Assembly: GCA_963924565.1 (NCBI GenBank)
Contig: OZ004610.1
Location: forward strand, 11,160,001-11,224,000
Direction of reading: 5' to 3'
Source of the DNA: Ascidiella aspersa
Taxonomy: Eukaryota
DNA: 64,000 bases
The position numbers and the translations under genes were made by a program. Below, piece by piece: positions 23,433 through 35,721 of this stretch (positions are counted from its first letter, which is position 1; every line of letters begins with the position of its first letter). The notes below the pieces were generated by a model. That model was not told the DNA's origin and ran no database searches. It saw only the letters and a list, made by a program, of their open reading frames with translations.

Positions 23433-26400
23433 ATGGCTGTGGATGTTGAGCAACTTTACAAAAGTTTCGGGGTTCTTGCAGATGCTAAGGAAAATGCGAA
23501 CAAGGTAATATTAGTTGTTATATTTTAATATTAACGTCGTGTAAGTAAATTGGTTGATTACAAGGTAATACGTCTGTATTATGCAGCATCCCGAGGCCTA
23601 TCAAACTATTATGAATGGAACGAGTGGAAACACGTCAACTAAACGTTTGGCAGCTCAATTTATTTCGCGTTTCTTCAAGCACTTTCCAGATCATGCAGAG
23701 GCAGCCATAAATGCATTGCTGGACTTGTGTGAAGATGAAGATGTTGAGGTACACTAATTGAAATGTTTAGTTTTATCTGACTGTGTGTTTTAAAAGCCAG
23801 CAGTGGTTCAAAATTATGCTGGTTAAATATGGTTATAATTAGCATTGTTCATGGATGGTATATGTACCAAACCTCGAAGTTTGCACTACAGTCTATATAT
23901 GTACTTTAAAAATTATAAAACAATTTACGGCGCTTGTCTAGAATCCTACCACACTGAACATTATTTGGGTTAGGGTGCCGGTCAGTGTTTGGGTGAGTCC
24001 AGTAATAGTGTTAAACAATATTACTTGACCTACCCACACCCAAACACTAACCGACACCCTAACCCACATATTATGCATTGCTTAATAATTATTTTAACGT
24101 TGTGGTAGGATTCTAGACCAGCGCCCAATTTACTGCTAAAGCAATATACAGTACTTCATCAAAAAATAGTGTGGTAATCCCTTAGAGGAAATGTAACTCC
24201 TTATTGCTCTATCAAATAGCCTTTGAACACTTTGATATTACATAATTTTATTTTCAAGATTATTTTGGCATAGCTGTATGGAAAGCCAAAGCCACAAAAA
24301 TACAACTTTATGGATTTCAATGAGAAGTTTTCATTAGGTAAACATGCACTCTAACGGTATAACGTTGATTCACATATCAAATTTTTAAACGAAATAGAAA
24401 CATTGCATTTCATTTAGCAACTTATGATTGAAATACTGGCGATTTTCTTCTCTACTTTCTATTTTACAAAGCTACTTTGTGATTGTAATGACTACTATGC
24501 AATCCACTTTGTAATTCACATATCTTATTTGTGATTACCTAAACAAATTTTATTTACAACTTTCAGACATGTTATAGTAAAATAGCTTTTGAAACCACAA
24601 CTAATAAGACAACAAATTTAACTTTACAACGTACAGCAGGTGATTTTAACGCCTAGTTGACGAATTTAATGGAAACTTTTAAATGGAATGGCTACTTTGC
24701 AAATCAAACAGCAACATGACAAATGACAAAGCATGTTTAGGATTTTAACAACATGTAGAATGAAATGTCTAGTTAACAATTGTATTGGCAATACTTAGAA
24801 CGGAATGGCTACTTTGCGAATTCAACAGCATTGTATGGATCTTAGCAACATTTTGAATGTAACATCCAACTAACGATATTAGTTGCAACATTTGCATGAT
24901 AATATCACAATTGTAATGGCAACATTTGAAATGTAATATCTTACGTTGTAAATAAATAGAGCAGTGGTTCTTAAACTAGGGGGCGCAAAAAATTAACAAA
25001 ATCTGTATGAATTATGACTAAACTTTAAGGTGAAGTGATATTTGAACGAACAACATGGAGTTATCACACATTAGTTGTTTTTCTGTTATTTAGAACATTC
25101 CTGTTGATTTTAAGGTTAGTATTTTCATTTTGTGAGGAGATGATTCCACAAAAAACTTTATGCTAACGCATTAATCACGTGATTAAGTTACCCGCTCTGA
25201 TCGGCCATTTAGGAATACATGGTGTGTGCTGCACGCACGCATGCGATTAAAAATGATATTTGTTAATACCAAAACTTGTTTAATTTTTTGTAGTGTTTAA
25301 TAAATAGCTCAAATATTCACAGAGTAATTGAGAAGTGCTTATACTGCTCATTGTTTAAAAATACTGTTCATTGTTACGTCACACACTACCAAATTTATTG
25401 CTATCTAATCATTTTGTTTTTCGCTTTTTTGCGAAGAGTTTTTGCATATTGCGTTCTGTTTTATTATGCTCAGTTAGAAACTTTTACCTAGCATGTTTTT
25501 TTATGTTTGTACTGTAAGTTAAATGTTGGCAAAACAAACTAGCCTAAACAACAAGATTTTATATTTTTCTTTTGAGTGAATATGGAGTTGCAGGTAAACA
25601 TCATTTGCCTACCGCTAAACCTACTGTGGAAACTCTTAGAGTTGAAGTCTAATTTTAGCTACACACAAAATTTTTATCTGGCCAAGCTGCTGTTTAGTAG
25701 CCGAATTGCTATAAAACATGATCTCTTTTAAAAATTCGAGCTGAGTTTGTTAAGATCTTCAATTTACTTCTAAGAGAAAATTTAAATCCACAAGTGAAAT
25801 ACAATCAGAATATCCAAATATCCATGCTTCAGAAATGGTAGAATTTGAATGGGAAGCAGAATGTTTAGTTTACAACCCAGCCACATATATCTCAGTTTCA
25901 TACAAAGGTAGCGCGAATTTAAAATCGCACATCAGTTCTGATAACTTTGTAAAATTATGTAAATGAAAAGCGCGAAATCTATGTCTAACCCGTTTTGTTG
26001 AAATCAGATCAGCCATAGTGCGCGTCACATCGCACCATCGAAAATAAAAATTTGGGCAACTTAAACTATATACAAAGGCATTTTTTCATATAAAAAATAA
26101 GTCATGTTTTGACATAACTTTCAACATGGTTTCCGGGTTTTTTTTAAGGTCCCTGATCTGGAGTTGGCCACTGCAACCGCGGTAAATTAGTCAGAAATTC
26201 CGCGTTTCAAAATATGGCAACCCTAGGTTAGGCTAGGTTAAAAACAGTTACATCCTAAGCATTGATGCAACTTACCTGGAAATAAATTGCTGCTGTGCTG
26301 CTGTTTTTTTATTTTGAAACAAGGTGTGGCGCGAGTTTGGTTAAAATTGTAAAAGGGGGTCGTGTCTCAAAAAGTTAAGAACCACTGAAATAGAGCATGT

Positions 26401-29400
26401 AAAACATCTAGTTTACGGATTTCCGACCCGCGGACCCAAAGTAGAGAAGTAAATCGCCAAGTATTTGAATCGTAAGTTGCTAACTGAAATGCAATGTTGC
26501 TATTTCATTTAAAAATTTGATATGTGAATCAACATTATACCGTTAGAATGCACAGTTACCTAATAAAAACTTATCATTAAATTCCATAAAGTGGTATTTT
26601 TGCGGCTTTGGCTTTCCATATCCATGATATTGGATTGGTATCGAAATAAAATTTTCAGTAAAGGACATCCCTTATTTGAATATTACTTTACTGCAGATTC
26701 GCAAAGCTGCCATAAAGCAAATTCCAAACCTGTGCAAAGCTGACAAACAGAACTTGTCAAGGCTTGCCGATGTGCTAGTGCAGCTTCTTGCTTCCGAAGA
26801 CTCTGGTGAAGTAAGCATGGTCAACATATCTCTCAATGGATTGTTTGCTATAGATGCAAAAGGTAAGTCTTTTTTTGCAAAATGTTGGTACACTTCATAG
26901 GTTAATATACATTATGTGGTCTGTAACTCTTTAGTATTTATTTTTGTTTTAAACCAAAGCACAATAAACGCTGAAATATCTGATGTTAAAAAATATGTTG
27001 TTCAAGTTTTGTATTGTTATGTTATATATTAGCAAGTCTATGTATATCTAAATAAACATTTATTTTTATTTTTTAAGGAACGCTTACAGGTGTCATATCT
27101 CAAATTCTCAGTGGTGATGAAGAAGTGCGTGAAAAAGCAATCCAGTATTTGTGCTCCTGTCTAAAGTCAGCCACAGAATCCCAGATGAACAAAGAAACTG
27201 AAGAATATGTCCTAGCCGAGGCCAAGAAAATAATGGAAGATGTCACAGGCGACGAATTTCAACAATTAATGCAGGTTTAGGAAATTTATATTGTTTAATA
27301 GTGTTTTTTTTATAGTGTTTTTTTTATGTTATGATGATGTAGTATGAAAAAATTCCAGTATGGTTGAAACTTTATTTTAAGATGTTGAGTTAACATCCAA
27401 AACTGCAGCTTATGGCGCATGTGGATTTTCTAAAAAATTTATGACCCTTATAAGATCAGTATGTACTTAGAATTTGTTTGCGTAATGTTTTGCCCATTTT
27501 AACTACTTAAATGCAAATTTTATTCACGCTTGGTATGAAACTCGTTATGTGAATCTTACAGGGCTTATCAACACTGCACCACTTGCAAACCATCCAGGGC
27601 AGGCAGCAGCTGGTCAACATAATAGCGGAGCAAATGAATTTAGAGCAAGATTTTCAAGTCACCAATATGGATGCTGTCAACAGGATTAGTCAGTGTGTGG
27701 GCATGGCCCTACCCCTTTGCTCGCGCAATGTCCACGCCACCAGATTTGTCAACTTTTTATGCCAGAAAATTCTTCCTTCGCTGTCTAATTCGGATACTGC
27801 AAATGTTGCTGAGAATGGGTCACAGGTATATAGCAAACAGCTTTTTCCTCTGTCAGACTTTCACCTATTTTTGTTGACTATGTTTGTCAAAAGTAACATA
27901 CTTACACAGGGCTTATAATGTCAGGCATTTGTCTGTAGTTTGCGCACAGATTTTCCTTGACTGTGTGTACCTAATTACCTTTTTATAAACATGTATGTAT
28001 AGCATATTTTCAGTGTAAAAAGTGTTACCAGCATATACAATTTAAGAAACGTTATGAAAAGTAAAGTGTATATCATAATGTAGCAAGATAATTTTTTTTC
28101 CATTTTTATAATTCTTCGGTACATAAATTATTTATGTTAGAAGTATTCCATTTGAACAGATAATTCTCAGCACCTAACACTTTTCAGTACAGTCATCTTT
28201 CATTTAGAAAAAACTGTTCTCGTTACTTTACTTTTTTGTTTCAGGCACCCAAGAAAGATCACAAACTGGAAATCTTAAAGCAGTTGTCAGAACTTTCTAC
28301 TTTTGTTGGAAATGGAAATGAAGTTTTAGAAAGCATTCAACCACTGTTTGAAACATTGCTGGTAGGAAAGATTGCAGTTATTTTGATCAGAATTCTCACC
28401 TTATGATCAACTTTTTTGTGGTCTTGAGTAAATGCATAATTGAGTTATACATTTGAAAAGCGGTTTCTTTTTTAGAAATATATGCCACTACCACCAGAAG
28501 ATATAGAAAGCAGTGGAACAACAGCAAATCCCAAACTTCAGTTTTCGTATGTCGAGTGCCTCATGTATGCATTCCACCAACTTGGAAAATACAAGGCAGA
28601 TTTTTTTACTGCTGAAGATGCTGCAGAATGTCTAAAAGATTTTAGGATTCGGTAAATATTGCTATTATATTGTATCAAATGATATGCCTTAAATAAAAGA
28701 GTCATCCATTTAAATAATAAAAATGTTTATTTTCTTGTATTTGGAATTTATTTTAAATGTTTTCTGATAAATAACTATAATATTGTCCAATTAATAAAGC
28801 ACATTTTTACTAACTCACGTCATGTTTTTTAATGTACTGGTAGACTAAACAAAAAGTATTAACTAGTCCTTACAAAAGTCGAACTGTAGACAGTTCAAAA
28901 CATTTTGTGAGTGGACACTTTTACAACACATTTAATGATTTAACCCTCTGTGCTGTGCATTTGGTTAAAATATAGAGGTTACTCAAACCTTTACACTTGC
29001 TTTTTAAACAATGTACCACACCGGAAAATATATATCTATTTTTTTGAAGGTTGCAATACTTTGCCCGTGGATTGCAAGTTTATATCAAGCAACTGAAAGC
29101 TTCTCTTGAAGGAAAGACTCCAAATGAACTGAGAACAATTCCTGAAAACCAAATCAAAATTGTAGCGCTGAAAACCTGCAACAATATCAATGTTCTTATT
29201 AAGGTAATAGGCGGGCTCAGGCCAAGTCTGTAAAAAGTGAATATGAATCATGACGAAACATTGTTAAGTGAAGGACTGTAATTTGACGACCCCTTGTTTG
29301 TCTGTTCAAACGTAATGGAAGTTAAGGGAAACAACATTTTGTTGGATACACGAAATTAACTAAAATAGGGAATATTCCAGGAAACCTACCGAAATCAAAA

Positions 29401-31263
29401 CGTGACTTCTATGCATACATAAACTCTTGTTTTGTTTTGTTTTTATTGTAGGATTTGTTTCACAACCCACCAGCATATAAAGCCACTGTACAAGTATCTT
29501 GGAAGAAACCTGCTGCAGCAGCTTCGGTTAGTCAATGTTTTTCATTTTAATAATGCGCTTTGATTAGCTGTAACTCAGTTGACTTTCGTGCGTTTATGAA
29601 ATAAATATCATCAGTCGTATATTACGTTAGTCAAAGCTAACAACAAATATTTTTATGAATATCTTTTCACACCATACTACGTTTTTTCAGGCTACGAAGA
29701 CTGAAGATGGAAAGTAAGTAGAAATGTTGAACTAAGAAAATGTACTTGTCAAGAATGATGATATAAAGAGCCGGCTGATTTGTGGCGTGGCTAAAGGCTG
29801 CTCAAAAGCAACTTTGCGAGGTTTACTCAAATTTATTCGAACTCGACCGACTAATTCGGCTGCTAAACCTTGCTAGGTTACTTTTAAAGGCCGAAGTCAT
29901 GGCTTCGATGAGCAAACCCTGGCGAAGCGAAAACTATCTGACTTGAATATTAGTAAAATGCTACGTTCCTAATGCCTATCATCGTTGAGTCTCGTGTAAA
30001 CTGACGTGGAACTTTAGGGCGAAGAAACGCAGCAGCATTGGCGGCGACGACTCCGACTTGAAAAAGAAATCCGACCGATCGATCTACAAAGCTCCTGGCG
30101 GAAAATACAGCTCCAACATTAGTCGTAAGTTGGGGACACAACCTTGCCTGGTTGCATGTCTTTGTTACAATATAATTTATGCTTTTAACTGATAAGCTTG
30201 CAAAAGGTGTACTTGGTTCACCGACAGTAGTGTTAGAAGCTTGCGAATGAGAAAACGTCAATTGTGTTTTAGTTTTAACAGGGTTTTCAGAAGCATTCGG
30301 TTTAGTCGTTTACAGCTAAATACGAAAAGTAATCAATGGCCGTTTTTACAGTCTGAAATGCATAAGCTATGATAAAAATTTGCTATTTAGATTATTAGAG
30401 AATATTTTTTTACAGGAATATATTTAAAAGTAAATCTAGTTTATAGTTTAGTCTTTAAGAATTCTTATCTAATTAGAGAAAACTAAATTGATATAATTTC
30501 GTAAAACTGGAATGCTGTAATTTAAATTCTAAATTAATTAAACAAATTGTTATATACGCCATCCAATTCGGAAAGCCCCGAATGTTTACCTAGTCTTAGA
30601 GTTAACAAGGATTATTTTATTGCATATTTGCCGTATTTGCAAATTACAATGAGCCTTTGAAGAAACCTTGCTTGCTAAACAATCTATCGTTAAGAATATA
30701 TATCTTCTAATAAGAGGTCTTTACTTGATTCCAACTCCCATACCCGATATTTTAAGAATGCCTTTCCGATCCGAAACCAATTGACACCATTACTATAATC
30801 TTGATAATCAAAATTGCTAACATTAAAAACGTGCCAAGCTAACATTAAAACGTACCCCTTTTCCAGGTTATAAGGCCGAAACTTTCTTCGTGAAAGTTTT
30901 CATTATCAATTCAAAAAAATGTTGTTGGATGTAATTTATATCTAAGTGTGCATAAAATTTAAACTAAACAATAATTTCAAAACGCGTTTAGCAGTTTTTG
31001 TTAATTTCGTACCGATTTTTTAGAATTTTGTAAACAATTTTGACCTACCGTGTAAATTTTAACCTTTTCAAGTCTAAAATTAATCGCCCTTGTCGTGCAG
31101 ACTGCGGACACATGTTGCTTACTTTTTTGATTTATTATTAACCCCTTTTTTAGAAAGCGGAAATTTCGGTAACAGCAGCAGCGGTTATGGGCGTGGTCGC
31201 GGAAGAGGCCGTGGGCGTGGGCGTGGCGTAAATAGAAGATGGAACGGCAACAAGAACTACTAG
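23433..31263 (+). CDS. API5: Apoptosis inhibitor 5, ~540 aa, 12 coding exons including a 23-nt microexon
   Basis: Exons: 23433-23504, 23587-23748, 26697-26862, 27078-27274, 27562-27825, 28245-28361, 28476-28651, 29050-29203, 29452-29526, 29691-29713, 30018-30124, 31154-31263; 1623 nt, in frame. Recognisable API5 blocks: KRLAAQFISRFFKHFP, LDLCEDED, EDVTGDEF, KLQFSYVECL, RLQYFARGLQVYI, NNINVLIKDLFH, YKAPGGKYSSN, and a C-terminal RG repeat. Confidence 0.95.
23929..24125. mobile_element. Merlin-like MITE, copy 2
   Basis: Same TIR family (GGCGCTTGTCTAGAATCCTACCACA). Perfect 8-bp TSD caatttac. Confidence 0.85.
24279..26618. mobile_element. Long-TIR DNA element (~180-bp imperfect TIRs, TA-flanked) in API5 intron 2
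   Basis: The left arm (24279-24460, tggaaagccaaagccacaaaaatac...cttctctacttt) is the reverse complement of 26438-26618 (aaagtagagaag...gcggctttggctttcca). TA lies on both sides. Confidence 0.8.
24962..26387. mobile_element. hAT (Charlie-like) element nested inside the long-TIR element
   Basis: TIR CAGTGGTTCTTAA / TTAAGAACCACTG. Perfect 8-bp TSD aaatagag. Confidence 0.85.
29749..29946 (+). ncRNA. Intronic box C/D snoRNA (~198 nt) with a SNORD49/U49-like D' guide
   Basis: The terminal stem tcaag/cttga, box C ATGATGA (29755-29761) and box D CTGA (29938-29941) give canonical K-turn geometry. D' CTGA is at 29775-29778 and C'-like TCGATGA at 29905-29911. There is a long internal hairpin (aaaagcaactttgcgaggttta / taaaccttgctaggttactttt), and the RNA ends ~71 nt before the 3' splice site. 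The D' guide AAGAGCCGG can pair with the recalled conserved 28S segment UCGGCUCUU. Confidence 0.75.
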
Positions 31264-32037
31264 AGCAAATTACACACGTTTCCACTCAACAAGTCTCTCG
31301 TCGCCTTCGCTCTGGTTGACGCTGTGTTACTTTCTCGTTCATAGTTATATGAAAAAAACCAAAGATAAAAAAGACGAAAGTTTATCCGTTTATATTGTAC
31401 GTCGTTGATGGTGCGACACTTTCACACCGCACGAAGATCCTGTAAACTGTTCCACAAAATTTTCCACTAAATTTCTTTATTCTTGCACCCTGAAGCGTTC
31501 GTAACTCTTAAAATCAGACTGGCCTGAAAAGCCTGTTTTAAACTTGTTACAAATCGATGGATCCCGACTTTACAACCTTGGTGACAATGATTTGATCGTC
31601 GTATTCTCATATGCAGCATAAATTTCCCTTCCCAGCGCATCAAAAGCTTATCTTCTTGCGACTCGAAAAACAACCCGAACAACTGTCGGACAGTACACCC
31701 CATTTCACTACATCTGGCTGCTGCGTCTATGCTGCACAATGTTGATTGTCTTTCCGTTGAAACTGGTGTCATCGGTAAGTGGTAGGGAAACTAAACTTGT
31801 CGACCATTTATTTTGCAGGACTGTAGCTGAAAACAACAAAGGAACAATAGGCGGTCATCATCGCGTAGTTCTGTCGTATATTTTGGCGTTTCCAACTTTT
31901 ATAATAAACGGTTTACTGATTTTACGTGTTTTTTTTTCAATATGAACACTACTTGTATCCGGTATAGCAAGGAAACTTGATATTATTGTAATGTAGTTAT
32001 GACAGAACCGATTAGCAAGACAAAACAAGAAAAAAAA

Positions 32038-32155
32038 TGGCGTCCATAAATAATTGGGAGTAACACACGGGTGGGACGTATGCAGAATAGGACTACTGGC
32101 GTCCATAAATAATTGGGAGTAACACACGGGTGGGACGTATGCAGAATAGGACTAC
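32038..32155. repeat. Perfect 2 x 59-bp tandem duplication upstream of UBE2M
   Basis: The unit tggcgtccataaataattgggagtaacacacgggtgggacgtatgcagaataggactac occurs at 32038-32096 and 32097-32155. Confidence 0.95.
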
Positions 32156-32267
32156 CTGTAACCTGTTCAGTTAGAGGAATAATTATGTACAAAGAAAAGT
32201 AGATTAGTTTGTGCTTCGCGTCATGTGGACTCTAATAATAAGGCTAATTTTTTTTTTTTTACATTCT

Positions 32268-32455
32268 GGCTCTGGTCTAGAATTCCACCACATTTATTCT
32301 AACATTAACGAAACGAGTTGTCGAAGTTTAAATCGCAAGGAAGGTATAAATATGAAAGAATAAATATAATAATATTATTTGACCAACCCTAACCAATGTA
32401 TTGTTAGCTATAGAAACCCCCGGACGAAAATGTGGAAGAATTCTAGACCAGCGCC
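32268..32455. mobile_element. Merlin-like MITE, copy 3 (diverged)
   Basis: TIR ggctctggtctagaattccaccaca / tgtggaagaattctagaccagcgcc; internal aaccctaacc; TSD degenerate. Confidence 0.7.
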
Positions 32456-32681
32456 AATATTTTATTTAAAAACCCGATTTGTTTAGGTGGGTTATCGATT
32501 CCTATTTCCACATCATAATAAAAATAATATGATTTGTTAAAAACAGAGATGTCAACGTTTGGTGTTATACTTCAATAAGTGTTTTATTTTAAAACTTTTA
32601 GATTTGACTAAGTCGCAAATTTAACCAATAGAAAACTTGTCAGTGAACTGAAAACTTAAAGTGTCACTGGTCAAAAATAAA

Positions 32682-33979
32682 ATGATTAAGTTGTTTTCAC
32701 TGAAGCAACAGAAAAAAGAGGAAGGAACTGCCCCAGGTGGAAAAAGAAAAGCGACGGCTGCTCAACTTAGATTAACAAAAGGTTATAATTTAAACATAGT
32801 TACTTGTGTATACCCCACTGTTGACTGCAGTGATTTAACTTAAAATCCATATATTACACATATATTACACAAAGTATTCTTTAGATCTCAATGACCTACA
32901 ACTACCGAAAACATGTGTGACACAATTTCCTGATGCTAATGACCTGCTCAATTTTAAATTAATAATTACACCTGATGAAGGCTATTATAGAGGTGGAAAA
33001 TTTACATTTTCTTTCAAGGTATGTCTTCACAAAATTCCATATTAGAGTTCCTTTTTGAAAACAATAATAATTTTATAATATGTTATATTATAAGTGAGTG
33101 TTAAAAAAGAAGCTTCTCAGCAAATTACACATTTTCACTTTTCTCATCTATAATTTGTACATGTAACAAAGCTTTCTGTTTGACAAACCTGTTTTGATAT
33201 AAGGTTGGTTTGAGCTACCCACATGAAGCACCAAAGGTTAAATGTGAGACCATGGTTTATCATCCTAACATTGACCTTGAAGGAAACGTTTGTCTAAATA
33301 TTTTAAGAGAAGACTGGAAACCGGTTCTTACGATCAACGCTGTGATCTACGGCATCCAATACTTATTCCTAGTGAGTTGGTTTTTAGATTTGTATCTAAA
33401 GTGTCATTATAATACGTTTATGGCAACTCAAGTTTATGGCTTTCGAAAAAAGTTTTATAAAGGTAGCTAGATCTTATGTTGATATATTAGATATAACGTT
33501 AAAAATAGTGTACTACCTGTTGTGAATAGTTGAGTATGCGGTACCTAAACCTTCAGCTAACCAGTCTGCGCATCTAATAGTGTATCTTGTAGTATTTTTA
33601 ACATTAAGCAGTACAATGCTATTTTTTGTTAATTAGCAACAAACAAAGTGAAACTAGATGTTGGTTGAGTAGTCATCCTGCCAACTCATGAATCAGCAGT
33701 AAAATAAAAATGTTAAATCATTTGCATCTGTATTAAATGAACTCTTGTACTTATATCGTTCACCACTTGAAGTGATAAATTGTCATAGTACTTTTGTTTT
33801 GAGTAGCAAAATTGCAAAAAATTGTTTGTTTTGTTTAGGAACCGAACCCTGAAGATCCTTTGAACAAAGAAGCGGCCGAAGTGCTGAGCACAAATAAGAG
33901 ACAATTTGAACAAAATGTAAACAGGTCAATGCGGGGTGGATATGTTGGCAGTGTGTATTTTGAAAAGTGCCTAAAATGA
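32682..33979 (+). CDS. UBE2M: NEDD8-conjugating E2 enzyme Ubc12, 180 aa, 4 exons
   Basis: Exons 32682-32781, 32885-33018, 33204-33371, 33839-33979; 543 nt. Diagnostic N-terminus [21 protein letters not shown], catalytic region [38 protein letters not shown]-terminal YFEKCLK. Confidence 0.97.
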
Positions 33980-34251
33980 TTCCATACAATAACAATGACA
34001 ACAGCACAACACATGGTTCGGCAAAATTTATTGACCTTGCTTAATGACTCAAGAATATTGGTCACATTTTGACCATTTCTGAGAATATATTTAATATTAA
34101 ATCTATAGACATTTCTTAGTATTTAGGGTTACATGTTATTTCTTTGTATGTTTTTTTGCATTAGGCAGTGTTTTTGCTGAAAGCAACGGAAATGGTTTGA
34201 AATTTTGTCTTACTTCAGCGATCTAATATTACTTAGCACGAGGTTGTAAGA

Positions 34252-34446
34252 CAACAGTTCTTAAACTTTATGGGCATGTGGTACACAAAGAAATTAAAAA
34301 ATATTACTTTTTATAAAATGTCACCAGTTTTATAACGGAAAGTGTGCATTAGGTTTCACATGTTTGTTTGTGTGCCTAAAATTTATCAAAATTACAAAGT
34401 TTTGCGGCACACTGGTGTACAGCACCACAAAGTTTGAGAATCACTG
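34252..34446. mobile_element. Degenerate hAT-like MITE in the UBE2M 3' region
   Basis: Ends caacagttcttaaacttt / aaagtttgagaatcactg; a gcggcacac subterminal motif is shared with the other copies. No clean TSD. Confidence 0.5.
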
Positions 34447-35066
34447 GTTTTAGGGAATGCATTACAGTCGCTGCTGAATACGTTTTCGCAGCCATCCAAC
34501 TCTGTGCTTAGTTGAAATATATTTCTTTATGTTACAATCTGCATTTTTTTCGTGCGTACGCATGACTGTTGCGTTAACGCTTTTTATTTTTGTTTTATTG
34601 CGTACAACTTTTGCGTTTCATGACTCGCGCGAAGTGCTTTTCGCGCAATGTTGCCCGGTCTCTAATTGAAGTTCATCTAACAATTAATCACGGTGACCTT
34701 GTAAAACTTTGCATTGCCAAAAAGTAGCGTACGCTTATAGGAGGCAGTCAAGAAAATATATTACTATTTAACCATATTGTATGTTTTGTTTCAAGTTGAA
34801 ATTAAAAACAAAACTAAAGATATTTTAAAGTTTAGTTAAAAACCTTTTCCTAGTTTTTTTGTTGTCGTGTTGCATCTGCATGACGAAACGCGAAAATTTC
34901 ATTTACTTGGGTTTATTTATTTAAAGACAAAATTATTTATTTCACCCTTGTTTCAAAGCTTATAGTTTATGTTTTTTTATAAAGGAGTTGCTCAATTGAA
35001 GTTGCTTGTACTAACAGATTGAGCAAGCATTGGCTTATGGTTGTTTCTCGACTCGTTCCCTTCTGA

Positions 35067-35141
35067 GCCTGCATAGCTCAGTTGGTAGAGCGACGGTCCC
35101 GGCTTGACTGGAGGTCGTGAGTTCGAACCTCACTGCAGGCT
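35067..35141 (+). tRNA. tRNA-like element (pseudo-tRNA or SINE head) with a non-canonical anticodon loop (nominal GGC)
   Basis: Acceptor stem GCCTGCA/TGCAGGC; D arm GCTC-AGTTGGTA-GAGC (A box); anticodon stem CGGTC/GACTG with loop CCGGCTT; T arm GTGAG-TTCGAAC-CTCAC (B box); downstream TTTGTTTTT. It lacks U33, purine 37 and the Ala G3:U70 pair. Confidence 0.65.
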
Positions 35142-35367
35142 ATTTGTTTTTCTAGTCTGCCCTGCTTACATCATTGATCGACAGATTCGGTAAAGAGTCT
35201 GCAATGGCTTTCGGTATATTGTTTCAAAGCTTTAATTATATTACCTCACTGGCATAAAAAGTATTGATCACGTTACAATAAACCCCGATTTTATTATACT
35301 CCTAAATTTTTACTGCGGAGTCGTACTTCGGACTCTTGTAAGGTTGCTTAGGCCGCACTCTGTACAT

Positions 35368-35687
35368 GAGTGTTTCTCAACCTTTTTCGGCTTGCGGCAC
35401 CCTGCAGAAATTATAAATAGTTCGCGGCACCCTTTCACGTATTTTTGCTGAGTCGTTAACTGTAGCGTTATTACATTAAACGAGATTGAAACAGCACATT
35501 ACCTGTGCAACTGGGTTGAAAAAAACTTTTTAATTTTTGTCACTTTATCGTACACAAAAAATTGTATCAAGAAGCTTACCAATTGAGCGAAAATTGGAAT
35601 CCTAAGAAATTTGAAATATATCTTGGCACCTTTGAGCGTTATAAAAGGCATCCTGGAGTGCCGCGGCACCCCGGTTGAGAACCACTG
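35368..35687. mobile_element. hAT (Charlie-like) MITE
   Basis: TIR gagtgtttctcaacc / ggttgagaaccactg; TSD ctgtacat / ctgtagat; repeated gcggcacc motifs. Confidence 0.8.
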
Positions 35688-35721
35688 CTGTAGATTTTTA
35701 GGGTGGAATGGCAGAATCTGA

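Noticed and set aside
25580-26000. Transposase coding remnant inside the nested hAT element
   Set aside because: Frames are interrupted by stops, and I could not identify BED, DDE or dimerisation motifs by eye.
29245-29312. Second C/D snoRNA in API5 intron 8 (ATGACGA ... CTGT)
   Set aside because: Both boxes deviate from consensus and there is no convincing terminal stem.
35067-35141. Functional tRNA-Ala(GGC)
   Set aside because: It has no G3:U70, no U33 and no purine 37, and eukaryotes normally decode GCC with IGC. Kept only as tRNA-like.
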